45,515 nt of DNA from positions 20,677 through 66,191 of the forward strand of contig MU619347.1 of the NCBI GenBank assembly GCA_025201805.1. Reading direction: 5' to 3'. Numbering within the stretch: the stretch's first letter is position 1; the number at the start of each line of letters is the position of its first letter. Below, in pieces: positions 1 through 12,008 of this stretch. Under the pieces are notes generated by a model. It was not told the origin of the DNA. It saw only the letters and a list, made by a program, of their open reading frames with translations, and did no database searches. The position numbers and the translations under genes are program-made. This stretch comes from Parasitella parasitica NRRL 2501. Its lineage: Eukaryota; Fungi; Mucoromycota.

Positions 1-232
1 TAGAAAAACAAGATAACATATTCAATTCATTTTTAGACCTGAGCAGAATTGTTTCAGCTATTACTTAAAGGCCTTGTTAGCCAAGTAAAAATTGTACACA
101 AATAAATTTTGACTTTGGCACTTAGATCATGAAGTACTAGAATATCATACAAGTTTTATAAAGGGTTACTGTTTTCAGGGCTGCGCCCTTAAATTAAACT
201 AAGAAAAAAACCCTTTGAATCTGTTCGGTATA

Positions 233-369
233 GTTCCACAGTTGTGTTCGTGTTCCGTATTCTCTTATGTGTCCCACTTTCATATTAACGTCCCATTTTC
301 ATCTTGTTGTCCCATTTTCGTATTCGTGACCCATTTTTGGAAATGACCAAAATTTATTTTCATTGGCCC
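233..369. mobile_element. Probable DNA-transposon terminus with 19-bp-period subterminal repeats
   Basis: Units start at 233, 252, 271, 290, 309 and 328 (exact 19-bp spacing) with core GT(T/C)CC..TTTC, e.g. gtcccattttc at 290 and 309. The array ends at ...tttcattggccc (minus strand GGGCCAATG), just where Argonaute homology begins. No partner end is visible in the window. Confidence 0.5.
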
Positions 370-1293
370 AACCTAGTTTCGTCAACTGTAATGTCCCGAA
401 TCCCAAGAGGCAGTATTTGGCAAATGTAACGCTTAAAGTCAGTGTCAAGCTTGGTGGCATAAACTACTCATTGAATCCATCTGATATGCTTTTTATTTCA
501 AAAACACCCACCATTATTTTTGGCGCAGATGTTAATCATCCTGCTCCTGGAGCTGAAAACGGTCCCTCCGTTGCCGCCCTCACTGCTTCAATGGACCCGC
601 ATGCTACAAAATTTGGCTCTTGTCTTCGTTATCAAAGCGGTGGCACGGAGATGATCCCAGATTTGGGCCGTATGACCAAGAAGATGCTCATAAGATTTTA
701 CAAACGAAATAGGCAGAAGCCAAAGAACATCACCTTCTACCGTGATGGTGCCTCTGAGGGGCAGTTTCCAGCTGTTATAGACTATGAGGAGGCTGCTGTC
801 AAAGCTGCTTGTTTGTCTTTGGAGAAAGACTACGCTCCCAAGATCACCTTTGTTGTTGCACAGAAGCGCCACCATGCTCGCTTTTTCCCCATCAAAAAAG
901 ACGATGCTGATAAGAACGAAAACTGCTTACCTGGCACTGTCATCGACACTAGCATTGTACATCCCTTTGAATTTGAATTCTTTTTACAATATCATTTTGC
1001 TGTCAAAGGAATTGCTCGTTCTTCCCGATATGTCGTGCTTCATGATGACAACATATTCTCTGCTGATGCAGGAGCTTACCTATCGATTATGTTATGTTTA
1101 TGGTCGCTCTTGCTGCGCTGTATCTATTGTCCCGGCCGCATATTCTGCAGACATCGTTACTGCCAGAGGTCGCCTTCACTGCCGTAGCGGCGACTGGTCA
1201 GGCAATAGCATAAATAACGATGATGCTGAAACTCAAAAAGCATCTTTTGCTCCAGTTAGCGCCAGCTTGCAAAACAACATGTACTACATGTGA
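370..1293 (+). pseudogene. ago: Argonaute PIWI-domain fragment, 5'-truncated and frameshifted
   Basis: Motifs RQYLANVTLK..KLGGIN, FGADVNHP, PSVAA, FYRDGASEGQF, ITFVVAQKRHHARFF, PGTVID, VLHDDN. After a frameshift near 1070 the second frame continues QELTYRLCYVYGR..VSIVPAAYSAD..ARGR..MYYM*. No N/PAZ domain and no ATG start. Confidence 0.9.
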
Positions 1294-2187
1294 TTTTCGA
1301 CACCCATTTTCAACTAGACTAAATATTTCAGTATTTCTTTGCTTGGTAAACAATAAAATGGCATTGCCATTCTCTCGCGTTGCTGTATGCTATAATGCTC
1401 TTTTGGACTGAGAATAAAAGAAGTTTTCAACCATGATATTAGCTCATTTCGCTTGCTCTTGATGCAAAACGAGTAGATTATCAGATAAATACATAATTTT
1501 AGAATCAAGTCTTTCACTTATGAGCCAAAGACAACAAAACATGGGCCCGAAATAATATATTTTCAACGATGTCAAGAATTTGATAAGAGCCGTAACTTAA
1601 TTCAAGGGAACGTCATGTATTTCAATGTATAAAAGTATTGAGATCCTAATGTCCTTTAGATAAATTCACTTTATGAGCCCCATTCTTGTTTATTACACCG
1701 GGATATGTTTATTAGAAATCAAGCAGAAAACCTTCTTGGTTATTGTGTGCTATAGAAAGACATCTTGTACTAAAAAGACCTTATTTTTTTTATAGATATA
1801 ACGTGTAATGTAAGTTGGCATTGACGACATTGAATTAAACCAACGGCTGCCACGTCGAAACATTCCCTTTGCAATCAAGATCTGTTGTCAATGATGCTAA
1901 TAACAAACATAACTTTCGATTGGATAAGTACGCAAAGAAGGGGGTAAGGCGTTGCAAATCGATCAAATGTCATACACTCAAAAATTAATTACTATTGAGC
2001 TTGTACCTCCTCTTATTTACATAACAGATGATATGCCATGTATACAGCGTATAATCTTTCACGAAGCTTGGGTGTATAGCTAGCTGACGTCCTTTTTAAG
2101 GCAGTCCCCCATGTCCATAATCCATCTTTTTTTTTCTTTTTCCCAGGTTGGGCTGTCGGTTTTCACTCATTAAATTATTACTTTATA

Positions 2188-2599
2188 ATGGCACAACAAG
2201 CTAAGCAAGCTGCTCAAAAATTAGGAGGCATGTTCCCTCAGGGAGCTGGCAAGGGTGTTGGTGGTGCTGTTGGTGCAATTGCTGTCCTCGGTGCTCTGGG
2301 TTATGGCGTCAACGCATCTCTTTTCAATGGTAATTATTTCATCTATATGTCCGGGGGGGGGGCGTTTTTTTTATAGATCTCTAACACTCTCCATAGTCGA
2401 TGGTGGTCATAGGGCTATCAAGTATACTCGCGTATTCGGTGTGCAAGATACTGTCTATAATGAAGGTACTCATTTCATGATCCCTTGGTTCGAGACCCCC
2501 GTCATCTATGATGTTCGTGCAAAGCCTCGTAATGTCGCCTCGTTGACTGGTACCAAAGGTAAGTTTGATTGAAGATGTGAAGCAATAGAAACATTGAAA

Positions 2600-2632
<33 letters not shown>

Positions 2633-3290
2633 GAGAGAGAGGGAAGTGTGGATATGACAGGAATCCACATATATGCAATAGGTGGATGATTAACATGGAG
2701 TAACCACAGATTTGCAAATGGTCAACATCACTTGCCGTGTACTTTCAAAGCCTCGTGTTGATCAACTTGCTACTGTTTACCGTACTCTTGGCCAAGACTA
2801 TGATGAGCGTATTCTCCCCTCCGTAGTCAACGAAGTTCTCAAGTCAGTTGTTGCTCAATTCACTGCCTCCCAGCTTATTACACAGCGTGAGCGTGTTTCT
2901 CGTCTTGTTCGTGAAAATTTGGTCCGTCGTGCTTTGCGTTTCAACATTATTTTGGATGATGTTTCCATCACTCATGTTGGCTTCTCCCCTGTCTTTGAGA
3001 GTGCAGTTGAAGCCAAGCAAATTGCTCAGCAGGATGCTCAACGTGCTGCATTCATTGTCGACAGAGCTCGCCAAGAGAAGCAATCCATCATTGTCCGTGC
3101 TCAGGGTGAGGCTAAGTCTGCTGAGTTGATTGGTAAAGCTATTGAAAACAAACCTGGCTTCTTGGAATTGAAGAGAATTGAAGCTGCTCGCGAGATTGCC
3201 ACTGTTATTTCTAAATCTGGCAACAGGGTCATGCTTGACGCTGATACCTTATTACTCAACGTCAACACACCAAAAGCAAAGCAAGAGTAA
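2188..3290 (+). CDS. PHB2: Prohibitin 2 (SPFH domain, mitochondrial inner membrane)
   Basis: Exons 2188-2329, 2397-2558 and 2710-3290 with GT-AG introns give ..[55 protein letters not shown], typical of PHB2. Confidence 0.96.
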
Positions 3291-3959
3291 AAAAATAGCA
3301 TATGGATGCAACATGTACAAAAATGAAATCAACGCAAGTTTGACACACACACACACAAAAGATCGTAATGTAAAAAAAAGTAGATGTTAAGACTAAAAAT
3401 AAAAATCCATATGGTTCTGTGCTATCTGCATATATACATATTAAAATTGGTTTAGTGTGTGAGAAGTCAGCGGCTTTTTGATAGTAAAAGTAGGTAAACC
3501 GAGGCTATCATATGTAACATCTCACAAGGAATGATGGAACCTAAGCCGTCGCACGTACCACTTTAACTTAAATATTCGGAACACCTGCTTCTGAAGGCAG
3601 GGTGGTTTGGTTTATGTTGTCTACATGTGCATTTAAATGAAGTCAGGTATCATTTCATACAAATAATTCCTTTCTTGTCTTGAAAGATCCGCATAGCATA
3701 AACATGTGAGGCTTTTTTTTTTTCTGCTGGTAAAAAAGATATTTGGTTATAATAGTGAAAAAATATGGCCAGTGTAACTCACCTGGTCCAATAAAGAAGA
3801 TTTAAGGAAAGGAAAGGTCTTGAGCAAATGTGTGGTAGCCACCCCCAACTTTATAAGATGCCGTAAGAGATACCTTTCTCGGAACCGCTTATATAGTTCC
3901 TCTCCCTTTTTCTTTTCTTTCTTACATCTTTATCTCTCTTTCTGCTAGACACATTTCCA

Positions 3960-5151
3960 ATGGAAAAAACGAAAACAATCCGACGTAGACGCAGTGATTG
4001 TCCCTGGAAAAAAGAGCCCAAAGCCAAGAGCATTAAATCAGAAACAGCCCAATACCCAGATGGCCCCATCGAAATTGCATGTTCATGGAATCCGATTGAC
4101 AGAACAGAAAAACCACCCTACTCTTATGCAACCATTATTGGCCATGCTATCTTGACTAGCAAAGAAAGAAAGCTTACATTAAATGATATTTATGTGTGGA
4201 TAACTGAAAACTATCCCTTTTACTCCAATGACACTCAAGGCTGGCAGGTAAATGGCATTTGATCGCCTTCATAGAGCCTCATATTAACAAACTGTGTAGA
4301 ACTCCATTAGACACAACCTCTCTCTTCATAAATCTTTTGTTAAAATTGACCGTGATCCTAACGCTCAAAACCCACCTCGGAAAGGCTGTTTCTGGACAAT
4401 CCGACAAGGAAAGGAAAAATTCTTCATAGATAATCTGCACAAACCTGTAAATTCAGCAAAAAGGCAGCAATCACTCAGCCATTTATCTGGCAGTAGCAAA
4501 AGACAACATCTCATGCGTTGTACTTCATCCAACAACCTGCCACTTTCATCAGCATCTACTACATCAACATCGCCTTCAAGATTGCTCAGTAGCTTTCGTG
4601 CTACCAATAATGTTCCGGAATCCGAGCGACATTTGCAGCCATCATCTTCACCATCTTCATCTCCTTTATCGAAATCATCCCCTACTAGTTATCGTCAGTT
4701 ATTTTACAATGTGCCTGAGCCTACAATGTCATACAACGTCTATCCTTCTGAACAGACTGATCTCTTTAATAATGGCTCTTATCTGAACAGCAACAGCAGC
4801 AGCTATCCTCCTTCGCTCTCTCCATGTGATGGATATTCCACGACATCCTCATACAATAATGATTATCAATCATTGACAAGTAGTAATAGATCATCCTACT
4901 CAGGTGCTGCTGGCGCTGCTGCTGGCGCTGCTGCTACAAACTCTTCATCATTACATCTTGATGCTCACTCTACTCTCAAGAACCATCATAGCCTTTTTCC
5001 TCTACAAAACCAAGAGGAGTCCTTTATGATGGAGTGGTCTACAATCCCCAATATGATTCCCCAAGAAAATTCTTTTTCCACTGACTTTTACCTGCAACAT
5101 CAACTATCATCGAAATGTACTTTGAAGAATTTCAATCCATGTTATCGATAA
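3960..5151 (+). CDS. Forkhead-box transcription factor
   Basis: Exons 3960-4247 and 4300-5151 give KPPYSYATIIGHAI..LTLNDIYVWI..YPFY..GWQ|NSIRHNLSLHKSFVK..GCFWTI, followed by a Ser-rich tail. Confidence 0.93.
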
Positions 5152-5352
5152 ACAATATACATTTATAAAACTAATGCCCATAGTTCTGTTTTTATTTCCT
5201 TTTCTCTCGTTTAATGAGATATGCCCATGCAAAGTATTCCTTTCTACGCTTCAGCAAATAAAGTTTTCGACTTCTAGGAAAACAAAAATGTATATTATTG
5301 TGAGATACTTACCATGGTGTATTTAGAGTATTGGCAAGAATAGCTACTGTTG

Positions 5353-5508
5353 TCACTGGGTTCTTTCGTATTGTACAGGAACACTATAGTCATTGCGGAC
5401 ATATATCAAGATTATAATCATGTTTAAACAGGCAGCCAAGTCATGGTTGATATGGTTTTCATTTGTGCATCTTTGATCATGATATGCTCGCCATTGGCGG
5501 TTAGAGGT
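5353..5508 (-). pseudogene. Fanzor/TnpB-like nuclease C-terminal remnant (Zn-finger end plus RuvC-III)
   Basis: 51 open codons: TSNRQWRAYHDQRCTNENHINHDLAACLNMIIILIYVRNDYSVPVQYERTQ*. This resembles the C-terminus of Mucorales Fanzor-like proteins as I recall it (HGLLRCxNxxC...WNRDLAAxLNxxxIxxxxRxxxxxPxxFxR). Confidence 0.65.
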
Positions 5509-5529
5509 TCATTCATATTAGATAATCAA

Positions 5530-5860
5530 TGTTCAATCTACATCAAATATGCTGTCATGCATGTATTCGCATGGAATGTATTCATTGGCTGGCAATTATT
5601 GGGCTGTTATTGTAAAGTATCTATATAATATTTGCTCTATTTCCACATTAACTCCACAACCCCAAGATTTGTCTTCAATTTTTATGTACACAAGGATGTG
5701 GAAAGAGCCAGCTGCTCACTCTTTCGACCTTTGGCCCGCTCAAAAGTTCAGATTTGAATACCATTGAGTTCTTTTGGGCATATTTAAAGAAGATGACTGA
5801 AAAACAAGGTCAAAATATATGAACGTCAAGGAATTAGAATTAGCCCAAACCGAAGAAATC
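5530..5860 (+). pseudogene. Tc1/mariner transposase C-terminal remnant
   Basis: WPAQ/(frameshift)SSDLNTIEFFWAYLKK..NVKELELA is a degenerate WPAQSPDLNPIExxWxxLK motif, preceded by QPQD..TRMW (second catalytic Asp region). Confidence 0.75.
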
Positions 5861-6042
5861 ATTGCATGAGTAGCCACACCAGATACCAAAGTTTTATTCA
5901 TCTTCTTTACGTAGCATTTTTTCTAATTTGAGTTATTAAGATAACCTTTTGTCATCAGAATATTATGAAACAATTTCGCAGGATTATGGTTGCTGATTTA
6001 TTGTAAGCAAGTGTATATAAAAACATCTTTTATTAATTAAAT

Positions 6043-8321
6043 TCAGATGGCAGAAGGTTTAACGACATCATTGAAAGGTAATTTTGCTGCAGAGGCAGGG
6101 GTATTACTTAAATTAGAAGATGGCATCAAGTGTATTGATCCACTACTGTGCTGTTGTTGGCTTGTAAATGATGATTGCTGCTCTGGTTTATTTACTTGGT
6201 TCGGTTTACTTACGATGATATGATCATAGCTAAAACCGCGCGGGGGAGTGGTACTATCATGCAATGTTGCAGAATCTGATGAAATATCAAATACCGGAAA
6301 ACCACCATCTGGAGTGGTTGTGACATGGTCGTACTCGTTTGGTAGATTCACCGCATCAGCTGAACTATATCGCTGATATTCTTTATGCAAATGAGGTAAA
6401 TGTTGTTGAGAGACTCCAAATATGTTGTTTTCATTATTCCTTTTTTCTTCTTCTTCTGCTGCTGCTGCAAACTTTCGCTTTTTTGATCTTAGGCTATGGA
6501 TTGCATAGAGTATACCAGTAATCAATAGCACAATCTATAATTAAATCAAAGGTCTTTATTTGGCTATATGAAATTTAGTAGTGTAACTTACCACAAGAAC
6601 GGAGCCTATGGAAATTCCGATGATAGCTCTATCATTTAGAGTATTATGAGGATCAAAATAATTACTGTCGCCTTCCCCGGTTGCAGCAGATAAGAGTGAA
6701 AATGAATTGAGCCAGGTGGCTGATCCTGATAAACTCAAGAAATATATGTCATTTGTAATTAACCCCTTTGCGTTCACACCAAAAAGAACAAATAATGTGT
6801 TGTTACATAAAACAGCTGGTTGTGCGCTTTTAGCATTTGACTTTGTGTGGGTTATACAGTTTACAAACCGGAATGTCCAAATCGTGGCCCTGCACCTTGA
6901 TTTTGCTCATAGTCGTCAACTCTTGTATATTCTAAAGTTTTTGAATCAAACAAATACAGGTAATCGGACACAGCAGAAGGTTCTATGAATCCAAATCATT
7001 TGTATCATGCTTCTTTTTTGGTACAACACACTTGCTATACGTACGTTTTTCGTTGCCATCATCTGTTGCGCCTCCGTATATCAGGATTTTTCCTGAATAA
7101 GGCACTATAGAATAATGAATAACATCAGATCAAAAAGATATGCTACAGTTAAGTTTGTCTTACAAAGATTCGCGGTATGCATGTATCTGCTTGACATGGT
7201 GGGTGCAGAGGGCGAGTATCTTAAATTCCACGAGGCATCAAATGTATTATAGGTCAATATATCATTCATAGGTATAATATTATAATAAGGTATAGGTTGG
7301 GTATCATTTGCAGTCTTATTTGTTCGGATTCTACCTCCAATATAAAATATATTGATACCTTCTTTATCTAATGTGGCTGTATGACCAAAACGAGTAACTA
7401 CACCCAAGGGTAGTACTCCAGGGCATATACTCCAAGAAAAATCCTTTTTTACATGAGAATAAGTATACAAATATTACATTTTGTCTTTTAGTTTAATATG
7501 TGTGCTGAAGTATACATACCCCAGACAGGTGTAGCACGGTTGTAGAATTTATAGGGTTACCTGGATACTGTCCGCTGTGGTAAGCCCATGTTAGCTTACT
7601 GATAGATGTTAGCCATTATGGAGTGAATGATACCTTAAACCACCCCAATAGTAGATACGCTTTCGACTGGGAACGCTTACAGCTGTTCCCATGTATCTTT
7701 AAATGTTAAGTGGGTAGTGAGTGGTTGTTTTCATGAAAAAAAGTGATATTATCATGTAGGGGATTGTATGATGCACTATTTGATTGGATATCGGTCCTGT
7801 AGTGTAGAACACAAATACCAAGGATTTACTTACATTGCACTTTCTGAACTTCTATTGTCATTTGAGATAGTATTCCACTTGACAGAGTTAGCATCAAATA
7901 GTCGTGTTACATTTTTGACAAAAGGCGATTCATTATATCCGCCATCTTCAATGTATTGTGAATCTGATATAGAGGTAGCGGTACCTGCTAGTGCACCCTC
8001 TGTGATGTAATGCGTATCGCCTGTTACGATGACCCATTTTGATGTAGTTTCATACAACACCAAGCGTTGTGTTAAATCTAGATAATGGTGTTCGTTTATT
8101 GCCCTTCGTACGTAGGCATCTCCTAATGCTATATAGCCGCCTGAATAACAATATATTCTGCTCCCCAAAAGAGTACACGCTTTTTTACTGGCTAGATTAG
8201 GTCAATTGTTCACATGTTCTAATCATAGAAACTTACAAGATTTATAGTTTGGTGTAATAGAGACCCCATGAGCGGTATAAATTAAGTAAAAAATCAACAC
8301 AATACGAAATGTATACAACAT
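6043..8321 (-). CDS. Kelch/galactose-oxidase-like beta-propeller, single-pass membrane protein
   Basis: Multi-exon gene. Hydrophobic N-terminus MLYTFRIVLIFYLIYTAHG; Kelch motifs IYCYSGG, RFGHTATL..IFYIGG, RYMHTA, ILIYGG; TM segment AIIGISIGSVL..LLITGILY followed by RSKKRK; low-complexity cytoplasmic tail. Internal exon borders are not all resolved. Confidence 0.82.
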
Positions 8322-8708
8322 GAAAAAGCTAAATGCAGAAAAGAGAGAGAGAGAGATGAGAGAAAAAATAAATAAAACGTTGATCTTCAAATACAGAGTT
8401 CGACGCCTACGGCATCATCATTAGCTGTTTATTCAATTGATACATCTGTGGTCTTCAAGTATTGATGCTCTAAACAAGGGACATGATGCATCTATCCTAC
8501 AGACGGCGTTATAAAGCAGATACATGATGCATCGATTTATTATAAATAACAAAATTTATAAATTCTCAAAGTCGCCAAAAGTCCACAAAAGTCGACCCTT
8601 GAACAAATCGCCCAAAAGGAATATTAACAGATTTTTCAGTTTTCTTTAAATACATTGTTTATTTTTTTTCAGTGAGAACTAGAACACAAAACCCTAGTTT
8701 CTCCACAA

Positions 8709-9962
8709 TAAGCTTTTTGTTTTTACACTTATCAAATTGATTGACTGAATGCTGCATAATATTTTCAAGATGAAAAATTGGTGCAGCTTCACTGGCCTCG
8801 ATAATTCTATTAGTTACATCTGTTAGCTTAGTTCGTCTTAATGATGGGCCAGAATTGTTCAATTGGCAAGTAAGGTGGAAGATAAACCGGAGTGTAACCT
8901 CACTTCATGATTAATGGGTCAATCATTTCGTGAACGTGAATGGGAGCATTATTCATGATAATGAAATATCCTTTCATTTCAGGAAACTCATCCTTGATAT
9001 CCATGGTATCGCCGATATACTGAAGATAATGCTCGCCTGTTGTACCCTTTGGAACAAACAATTGATCTTCAGGTGCCTTTTTTTTAGTAGTCCCCGCCAC
9101 TTTTCTTCTCTTCATATTTCCAGACTCTCTTAACTTCAAGTTTACAACACCAGCAGCCGAAATTGCACCTCAAACGTTGCGCGAAGTAGCCTTTGTGGAA
9201 GGAGTCTCGGTGATTGCCTTTGAATCGCGTGGTGACCAACCTCGGACCACGACGCATATTGATGTCAAATCCTGTTTCGTCAACAAATACACAGTTCTTG
9301 AGGTAATCCATGCCATTGTGCATCCATTTTTCAACCCAATCTGCATTTTTAAAGGTTTTCTTCTTGATTTCTGAACATAATGTCGGCTTACAACCTTAAT
9401 ACTGTGGTTACATTCCTCCTTCATAAACTCGGCTACACTTGATTTTTTTATGTTCAAGCGCTTAAACTTCATAATCAAGTCTTCTACTGTGTCCTGAACT
9501 GTTGCTGTAGAATTCTCATCAAAAAAATTTATTAAATGAGTTTTATGAGATTCATTTAGTTGGTTGGCTGATCTATCAAGTGTTTTATTAGTTTGTTTAA
9601 CGGAGATTTTTCTCTCGGTATCATCGTCGTATGTTTTTTTCCCTTTTCGAGCAGTGTTGTAATTGACATTGGCTGCTTGAGCTGCTTCTTTCGGCTTCAT
9701 ACACTTTTCTTTCAAAAATAAAAATAACGCTTACGGTCGTCCAATGTATAAACGTTGTATTGAAGATCTCTCTCCTTCTTAAGTTCAACCACTTTCATTT
9801 CAGTATCGGCTGAAGATCTTTCCTCAATTTGGATGTCTTGGTGTTTGATATACTTTCGAAGACCTGTCAAACTTTTCAAGCGAAATGACTTATCCTCGAC
9901 ATAAGTTGGTGTTTGTCAAAAATCTCACCAGTACCGTTTTCATAAAAGAAGTGAGTGTTCAT
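8709..9962 (-). mobile_element. Tc1/mariner (IS630-Tc1, DDE_3) transposase pseudogene
   Basis: N-terminus MNTHFFYENGTG, HTH EAAQAANVNYNTARK, CVFVDETGFDI, IIMNNAPIH, YLPPYLPIEQFW, HSVNQFDKC. Several frameshifts; no clean TIRs found. Confidence 0.88.
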
Positions 9963-11965
9963 GTTACTCCCAAACTCAGTCCAGTTGATTTTTTAGAACG
10001 ATACCAATTTCTACTGCACACAATAGAAAAGCGACTTCAAAGTTTTTGGAGCTAACGTACACTTCAAATGTTCTTAATATTTGACTATTTATAATATTGC
10101 ACTCGGTAATACAAATCAACAATTGCATTTTGGTATGTTTATTTGGTTCTTTGATTGTGATGATTTATCTAGAGTCAGCAAGTCGCATCGCAAGATTGCT
10201 TTCATTATTTTGAGATCGCCACTATTTAATCATAAGGAAAATAACTGGACCCAAAAAATTACCTGTGCATTTATAGCCAAGATAAAGAGGTTGATTCATT
10301 TGTAAAACAATGTTTTAATTTAATAGGAGCCAATATATTCGGCTATAGTCCTTAATGCTTTCCATTAACGTAGCTTTTTGGCCAACCAGTTAGAATACAA
10401 TAAAACTAGACCACAACTTGACCGCTGTAGGCACCATATCTAACAATGTTCATCTCGAAGTCTACCAACTCTTGGTTACTGGCTTTAAAGCATCCCGAGT
10501 CATACTTTGCAGTTATTAAATGCCTTCAAGAGTACTTACTATCCCGCATGGCTAGTTCGCACACCTAAAAAAAAAAACCTGCAGTGGTAGATGCAGGATC
10601 TTCTCAAGTACATTCACGACTACAAAATACATTTTTTTTTTTTTTTTTGCAAATAATAAAGTTATTCAGTGATTAAAAATTTGCCACAGTGAGTGGTGTG
10701 TTTTGAAAGTTTAGTTCTAAATAGGGTTAAAATGGAACAAAAAGCTAGTCGAAGTATCAAATGGACCATGAAATCTTAGCCACAAAGGACTATAAAGCAA
10801 CAGTATCGACCAAAACATTGGTTTCTAGCTTTAGTACAATGGAGACAATATTATCAATGGAAAGGCAAAGTGTGGGGTAAACCAAGATGACATTTGGTGA
10901 CAGATAGGCTGCTTAAAAAGACAAGAGATAAAAAAATGGGTTTAATCTTCCGGTTCAGTCATGTACAGAGAGCAATTTGATAAATTATTACCATTTGTTG
11001 ACAACTAAATCTCTTTATATAAAATCGATACCAAAGTGAACAACAGTTAGGCAAATAAAAACGTAGTTACTAGTACACACCTATCTTTACTTTATTTTAT
11101 TACATTTCGACTTGGGAAAGGCTTAAGCATTCCTTTTGCCTTTTTTTCATGCATCTTTTTTAGCTGGATATTCCCGTTACTGGTATGTAATTCGTTTTAC
11201 AGATACTCCATATTCCTATGATCAATTATGTGCTAAAATCACTATGTTCTTTAGCCAGTGTATCACATTCTATCTTACGCATGATACCAAAAGGTTACTT
11301 CGGCAATTGGTAATGGTCGCTTTAAAAAAAACTTATGGTTGCACATATATCTATTTTGGAGAAATCAATAAAAGTTATCACTATAAGATAAAAAAAAGTC
11401 GATTTATGTTCAAAGAGCTGAATTGATGCCGATTCCTCGTTTGAGTTTTCTTCTGGTTGCTTATGATTAGTGTCAAATTGTAAACCGTTTCAAAAGCTAC
11501 AGTCTTTTTATGGTTTCTGAGAGAAGAGAAAGATCTCCCTAAGAATATTTCAAGTAGGAACAAGAAGTATTAAATACAATATCATAATAAAATGTTTCCT
11601 ATTCTTGGGTATTTTATAATATAGAAATGCGACGCTCTAATTATTTTACTTTTGATCAAACAGCCATTGTGCAGGAGCAATAGGTATTTTTAAATAAATC
11701 ATTATTTGGGTTCTTTATTATTCCATTTTTCAATACAATAAAACATCGTTATAAACACTATCGACATGCACATAATTGAGGTACCTAAAACTGAACAATT
11801 ACCAACGAGCCACAATAAAAATTGTTTGAATTTCATAACTGATAAATTATTCCAGATATATCCGTTAGATATGAGACATCTATAAGCTCAAATATTTAGA
11901 CAAGTCTATAGAACCGCATAGGTGTTTAGCAAAAAAAAAAAAAAATGGTTAAATTACAAAATCGT

Positions 11966-12008
11966 AAAGTATGAAGGTATCAAAGTATCAAAGTATCAAA
12001 GTATCAAA
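11966..12008. repeat. 8-bp tandem repeat (AAAGTATC) x about 5
   Basis: aaagtatg aaggtatc aaagtatc aaagtatc aaagtatc aaa. Confidence 0.8.

Noticed and set aside
233-346. Repeat-spacer array as a CRISPR array
   Set aside because: The period is only 19 bp with ~8-bp spacers, the context is eukaryotic and there are no cas genes; transposon subterminal repeats fit better.
3530-3605. ATGATG...CTGA plus a hairpin as a C/D snoRNA
   Set aside because: Box C is imperfect and I recognise no rRNA-complementary guide.
8393-8420. GTTCGA suggesting a tRNA T-loop
   Set aside because: The flanks do not form a T-stem or cloverleaf.
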